From Alphaproteobacteria bacterium (GTDB lineage: Bacteria; Pseudomonadota; Alphaproteobacteria; UBA9219): a DNA stretch of 63,972 bases. Shown here piece by piece: positions 60,539-63,972 of this stretch. The stretch spans positions 1 to 63,972 of the forward strand of contig JARLJD010000021.1 in NCBI GenBank assembly GCA_031291395.1, written 5' to 3'. The notes below the pieces were generated by a model. It searched no databases, was not told where the DNA came from, and was given only the letters and a program-made list of their open reading frames with translations. Every line of letters starts with the position of its first letter. Positions within the stretch are counted from its first letter, which is position 1. A program made the translations under genes and the position numbers.

Positions 60539-61132
60539 GTGAAGGAAAACAAACGGAAATTATTACCGAAAGCTCTCCTTGCTCTCGCCCTTTTCGGCGT
60601 CCTATCCCCCCTGCCCGCCGCCGCCGCGGCCACGCCCGATTATCTCTCCTTTGGCCTCGGCGCGTATGATTTCGACAAGGGCGACGCGGACAGAAAATCC
60701 GTCGATTACCGGCTTGAATACGAAAGCGGCGTTTCGCTGCTGCCGTTGATCACGAAAAGTTTCAACAGCGTCGAACCGTTCCTTCAGGCGCATCCGACGC
60801 TCGGCTTTGAAGGCAATACGCATGGGGCGATCTATGCCAACGGTGGGATTAATTTCGATATCCCCTTCCTTCGCCACGGCATTTTTACTTGGGGCGAAGC
60901 GGCGGGCGCGTTCGCGCGCGGGAACGATGCGCGATCCGTGGGATCAGTTCTGGAATTTCGCTCGCAACTTGAATTGGGCTGGCGTTTCGATAACGACTTG
61001 CGCATGACCGGCTTTATCAGCCATATCTCGAACGCGCATCTGGTCGATAACAATCCGGGCGCGGAAATTGCCGGAATTTATCTGCATGTCCCCTTAACTT
61101 TGCTGGCGCAAAAAAATGAGTCCTCTCCCTAA
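60539..61132 (+). CDS. Lipid A 3-O-deacylase / acyloxyacyl hydrolase family protein (PagL-like)
   Basis: A possible GTG start is followed by a signal-peptide-like KRKLLPKALLALALFGVLSPLPAAAA. The C-terminal GFISHISNAHL..NPG motif is typical of the PagL family. It is in the same frame as the DUF559 part. Confidence 0.55.
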   Translation: MKENKRKLLPKALLALALFGVLSPLPAAAAATPDYLSFGLGAYDFDKGDADRKSVDYRLEYESGVSLLPLITKSFNSVEPFLQAHPTLGFEGNTHGAIYANGGINFDIPFLRHGIFTWGEAAGAFARGNDARSVGSVLEFRSQLELGWRFDNDLRMTGFISHISNAHLVDNNPGAEIAGIYLHVPLTLLAQKNESSP

Positions 61133-61934
61133 ACTCGGCATCATCGCAGGCGGCGGAGCGGCACCGACGCGCGTGATCGAAGCTTGCCGCGCGCAAGGCC
61201 GCGCGTTTTTCGTCGTTTGCCTTGAAGGTCAGGCGGATCAGGCCACGGCATGTGATGTGCCGCACGCGTGGCTGTCCTTGGGCGCGTTCGGCAAATTGCG
61301 CGATCTGGCGAAAGCCGAGAATATCGTCGAGATCGTCATGATCGGCCGTGTGCGGCGTCCTTCCCTGCGCGAGCTGAAGCCCGACTGGCTGGCGGTGAAG
61401 GCCTTGGCCAAAATCGGCATGCATCTGCTCGGCGACGACGCCCTTTTGCGCGCCGTGGGGCAAGCGATCGAGCAGGAATGCGGCGTGCGCGTGATCGCAG
61501 CGCAGGATATTCTGGGCGGCGTCTTGATGCGCGAGGGCATTCTCGGCGCTGTTTCTCCCGACGCGCAGGCGCGGCAGGACATCGCGCGAGGCGTCAAAGT
61601 CGCTAGACTGTTGGGAGAAGCCGATGTCGGCCAATCGGTCATCGTGCAACAAGGCCTCGTTCTGGGCGTCGAAGCGATCGAAGGAACGGACGCCCTGATC
61701 GCCCGATGCAAGGATTTACGGCGCGACGGCGCGGGCGGCGTTTTGGTCAAACTGGCCAAGCCGCAGCAAGACGACCGTTACGATCTGCCCACGATCGGCC
61801 CCGACACCCTAACTGCAGCGGCGCAAGCGGGGCTGCGCGGGATAGCCGCCGAAACCGACCGCAGCCTGTTGATCGACCGCGACCGCGTCCGGCAGTTGGC
61901 GGATGAAAAAGGGATTTTTGTTATCGGAATCTAA
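61116..61934 (+). CDS. lpxI: UDP-2,3-diacylglucosamine pyrophosphatase LpxI (DUF1009)
   Basis: LGIIAGGG..P, VMIGRVRRP, DVGQSVIVQQGLVLGVEAIEGTDALI, KPQQDDRYDLPTIGPDT. Confidence 0.85.
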   Translation: MSPLPKLGIIAGGGAAPTRVIEACRAQGRAFFVVCLEGQADQATACDVPHAWLSLGAFGKLRDLAKAENIVEIVMIGRVRRPSLRELKPDWLAVKALAKIGMHLLGDDALLRAVGQAIEQECGVRVIAAQDILGGVLMREGILGAVSPDAQARQDIARGVKVARLLGEADVGQSVIVQQGLVLGVEAIEGTDALIARCKDLRRDGAGGVLVKLAKPQQDDRYDLPTIGPDTLTAAAQAGLRGIAAETDRSLLIDRDRVRQLADEKGIFVIGI

Positions 61935-62031
61935 AAAATGGACGAAAGTATATTAACACCTCTTTGGGGTTGAATTTTGCCTATAGTATTGTATGAAGAC
62001 TAAAGAGGTTAACATTTTAAGGAGACACATT

Positions 62032-62391
62032 GTGTCCAAACTTTTGAATAGGCAGTCGGGAGGAATTCCAGCCGATATGCCAACGGAATTTATCGTGGAC
62101 TTATTAGGGAAAGCCATTAAGGAGTGGGGAAATCGTGATGCTCTTGCGTATATTACCCAACAACTAACTCCACTGGTAACAGAACATCCTGTAATTGCTC
62201 AACCCTTGAGAGCTATGGCAGAGGAGGTGGCTGGTACTGCCCTTTGTACTGCTTGGAATGCAGGATTCGCTGCCGCCAAAACGCTAGCTAGTAATACGGA
62301 GTACTACACCGCTGGTGCTTTGGCTAATCCCCAGAAACCTTTAGAGCGGGCAGTGGCGGCATTTTTGCAAAAACACCAACCTTCAGCGTAA
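62032..62391 (+). CDS. Hypothetical small protein in an AT-richer junction upstream of dotL/icmO
   Basis: The track ORF starts at 61993 (ATG). The in-frame GTG at 62032 has a strong SD (AAGGAG) 7 nt upstream. Codon usage is A/T-ending, unlike the flanking genes. I recognise no motif and no TM segment. Confidence 0.45.
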   Translation: MSKLLNRQSGGIPADMPTEFIVDLLGKAIKEWGNRDALAYITQQLTPLVTEHPVIAQPLRAMAEEVAGTALCTAWNAGFAAAKTLASNTEYYTAGALANPQKPLERAVAAFLQKHQPSA

Positions 62392-62696
62392 TCGAAAATC
62401 CGGGCAGCCGTATACATCCCCGCGTAATGGTTATCTAGAAAATAGGGAATACGTCTGCGCCATAGAGGCGCAGCGCAATTCTCTCAATCAAGAAGATTTA
62501 CCTTGATTCCCGATTTTATTGCCACAAAATTAACCAAAAACTAACGTTAAACGGTCATGACTTATTGATTACTTTCGGGTAGACTTCGCTTCGCGATTAC
62601 TGTGGGCTGCACCTTATCTGATTTCCCTTTAAGGCGCAGGGGACACCGGACGAACCCGATTAATCCGGATCGATAGAAAAACTAGGGCGAACGACG

Positions 62697-63972
62697 ATGC
62701 CTATTATTCTACCTAAACATCAAGCGACGCAGCGCGACATCTTGCGCGATGTGCGCCCCGTGTCCGTGCGCCTCGCCGCCTATATGTCGACCGGCACCAT
62801 TATCACGGCAATGGCATTCGGCTCGATCGCCTTTCTGTTTGCGGGGCCACCGACGCTTCGCGCTTTGGCCGACATTATAGCAGTGCCTTTGTATTTCTAT
62901 TTCCGCTGGGCTTTGCGCACACCCTTCTCGTTGCCTTTCAAGCTTCCGCGCTACGCCAATATGAAGGATCCCCATAATCCTCCGCCCGGCAAAGGCGGCA
63001 GCGGCAAATCCGACGGCATTTTGTATTTGGGCAACGTGTCAGACAAGGACGACGATAACTTTGGCCGCGAGGTTTGGCTGACCAATATCGACGCGCGCAC
63101 GCATATCCTTTATCTCGGCACCACGGGTTCGGGGAAAACCGAAGGGCTGAAATCTTTGGTAACCAATGCCTTGGCGTGGGGTTCCGGCTTTTCCTACACC
63201 GACGGCAAGGCCGACACCGATTTGTGGGCTTCGCTTTATTCGGTCACACGCCGGTTCGGGCGTGACGACGATATTCTGGTTTTGAACTACATGACCGGAA
63301 ACTCCGACGACGGATCGACGTCCAATTCGATGAATCCGTTCTCGAACGGTTCGGCCTCGTATCTCGCCAACCTCGTCGTCAATTTGATGCCGGATGCGGG
63401 CGGCGACAACGCGATGTGGAAAGAACGCGCCGTCGCCTTGATGTTCGCTTTGATGCCTGCGCTGACTTACAAGCGCGACAAGCAGGGCATGCTGCTCGAC
63501 GTCGGCGTCGTGCGCGATCATTTGGAGTTGCAGCCTATCATTCGCCTGTCGCGCGACCAGACGTTGCCCGCGCGGATCGTGCATGGGCTTGAAGGTTATT
63601 TGAACACGCTGCCGGGCTTTGTCGCCGCGGCGTTCGACGACGACGGCAACGAACGTCCGCCCTCGCCCGACCAGCCGATGTATGATTTGCAAGTCGCGCG
63701 TCAACAGCACGGCTATCTGTCGATGCAGTTCACGCGTTCGATGCAGTCTTTGGCCGACGAATACGGCTATATCTTCAAGGCGCAATTGGCCGACATCGAC
63801 GTGCTGGACGTGGTGCTGAACCGCCGCATTCTGGTGGTGCTGATTCCGGCTTTGGAAAAGTCCGGCGACGAGGCGGCGAACTTGGGTAAAATCGTGGCCT
63901 CGTGCCTGAAGGGCATGATGGGCGCGACGTTGGGCAATACCGTCGAAGGCGGTTGGGAGAACGCGGTCGGCA
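62697..63972 (+). CDS. icmO: Type IVB secretion coupling protein DotL/IcmO (5' partial; runs off the window)
   Basis: This frame is open from ATG 62697 (in-frame TAA at 62661) to the window end and is absent from the ORF track because it has no stop. My own translation gives N-terminal TM segments, GILYLGN, EVWLTN, Walker A ILYLGTTGSGKTE, ALAWGSGFSYTDGKAD, DDILVLNYMTG, NSMNPFS and AMWKERA. From memory this is collinear with Legionella IcmO. Confidence 0.85.
   Translation, partial: MPIILPKHQATQRDILRDVRPVSVRLAAYMSTGTIITAMAFGSIAFLFAGPPTLRALADIIAVPLYFYFRWALRTPFSLPFKLPRYANMKDPHNPPPGKGGSGKSDGILYLGNVSDKDDDNFGREVWLTNIDARTHILYLGTTGSGKTEGLKSLVTNALAWGSGFSYTDGKADTDLWASLYSVTRRFGRDDDILVLNYMTGNSDDGSTSNSMNPFSNGSASYLANLVVNLMPDAGGDNAMWKERAVALMFALMPALTYKRDKQGMLLDVGVVRDHLELQPIIRLSRDQTLPARIVHGLEGYLNTLPGFVAAAFDDDGNERPPSPDQPMYDLQVARQQHGYLSMQFTRSMQSLADEYGYIFKAQLADIDVLDVVLNRRILVVLIPALEKSGDEAANLGKIVASCLKGMMGATLGNTVEGGWENAVG

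Noticed and set aside
62529-62551. PmrA-like tandem TTAA motif upstream of icmO, as found upstream of icm/dot genes in Legionella and Coxiella.
   Set aside because: TTAACCAAAAACTAACGTTAA has the wrong spacing and poor match to the repeat consensus as I recall it. In an AT-rich stretch, TTAA occurrences are expected by chance.

Overview
This is a GC-rich chromosomal segment with alphaproteobacterial hallmarks: an lpxI lipid A gene, a GAAC-N7-GAAC SOS-type box upstream of recA, and a RecA with an N-terminal extension. I support about 55 protein-coding genes, most of them housekeeping. They include fumC, glnA, ppiD, radA, lolC/lolD, hemG, a pyrD-like gene, rnr, mgtA, rsmE, an APC permease, sucC/sucD, pgsA, cobB, gyrB, queF, pgi, infA, a mepK/ldtD-like pair, recA, trxB, sufS/sufU/sufT, pepN, a pagL-like gene and lpxI. 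A Wzx/Wzz-type surface polysaccharide gene cluster lies at about 41.6-50.2 kb. There are two tRNAs, His-GUG and Gly-CCC. I found no rRNA, no CRISPR array and no intact IS element.

The strongest signals outside ordinary genes are these:
1. Three sequence-unrelated families of nested-palindromic, REPIN/MITE-like repeats occupy most intergenic regions, at least 20 copies in total. One 36-nt copy sits codon-aligned and in frame inside mgtA. Other copies split the sucC-sucD and sufU-sufT pairs or supply terminator-like hairpins.
2. The window ends in the 5' part of a DotL/IcmO-type type IVB secretion coupling protein. It is preceded by an AT-richer junction carrying a compositionally foreign small ORF. 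A similarly foreign ankyrin-repeat gene lies elsewhere in the window.
3. Several local oddities are also present: a DUF559 nuclease domain fused in frame to the pagL-like gene, a parD antitoxin whose parE partner is cut to 12 codons next to a repeat, an HD-domain gene wedged into the suf operon, and a pyrD-like gene with Cys at the catalytic-base position. A roughly 170-nt long-range palindrome lies upstream of lolC, and a long structured region lies upstream of mgtA.

All calls come from reading the ORF translations and the nucleotide text. No database search was run.
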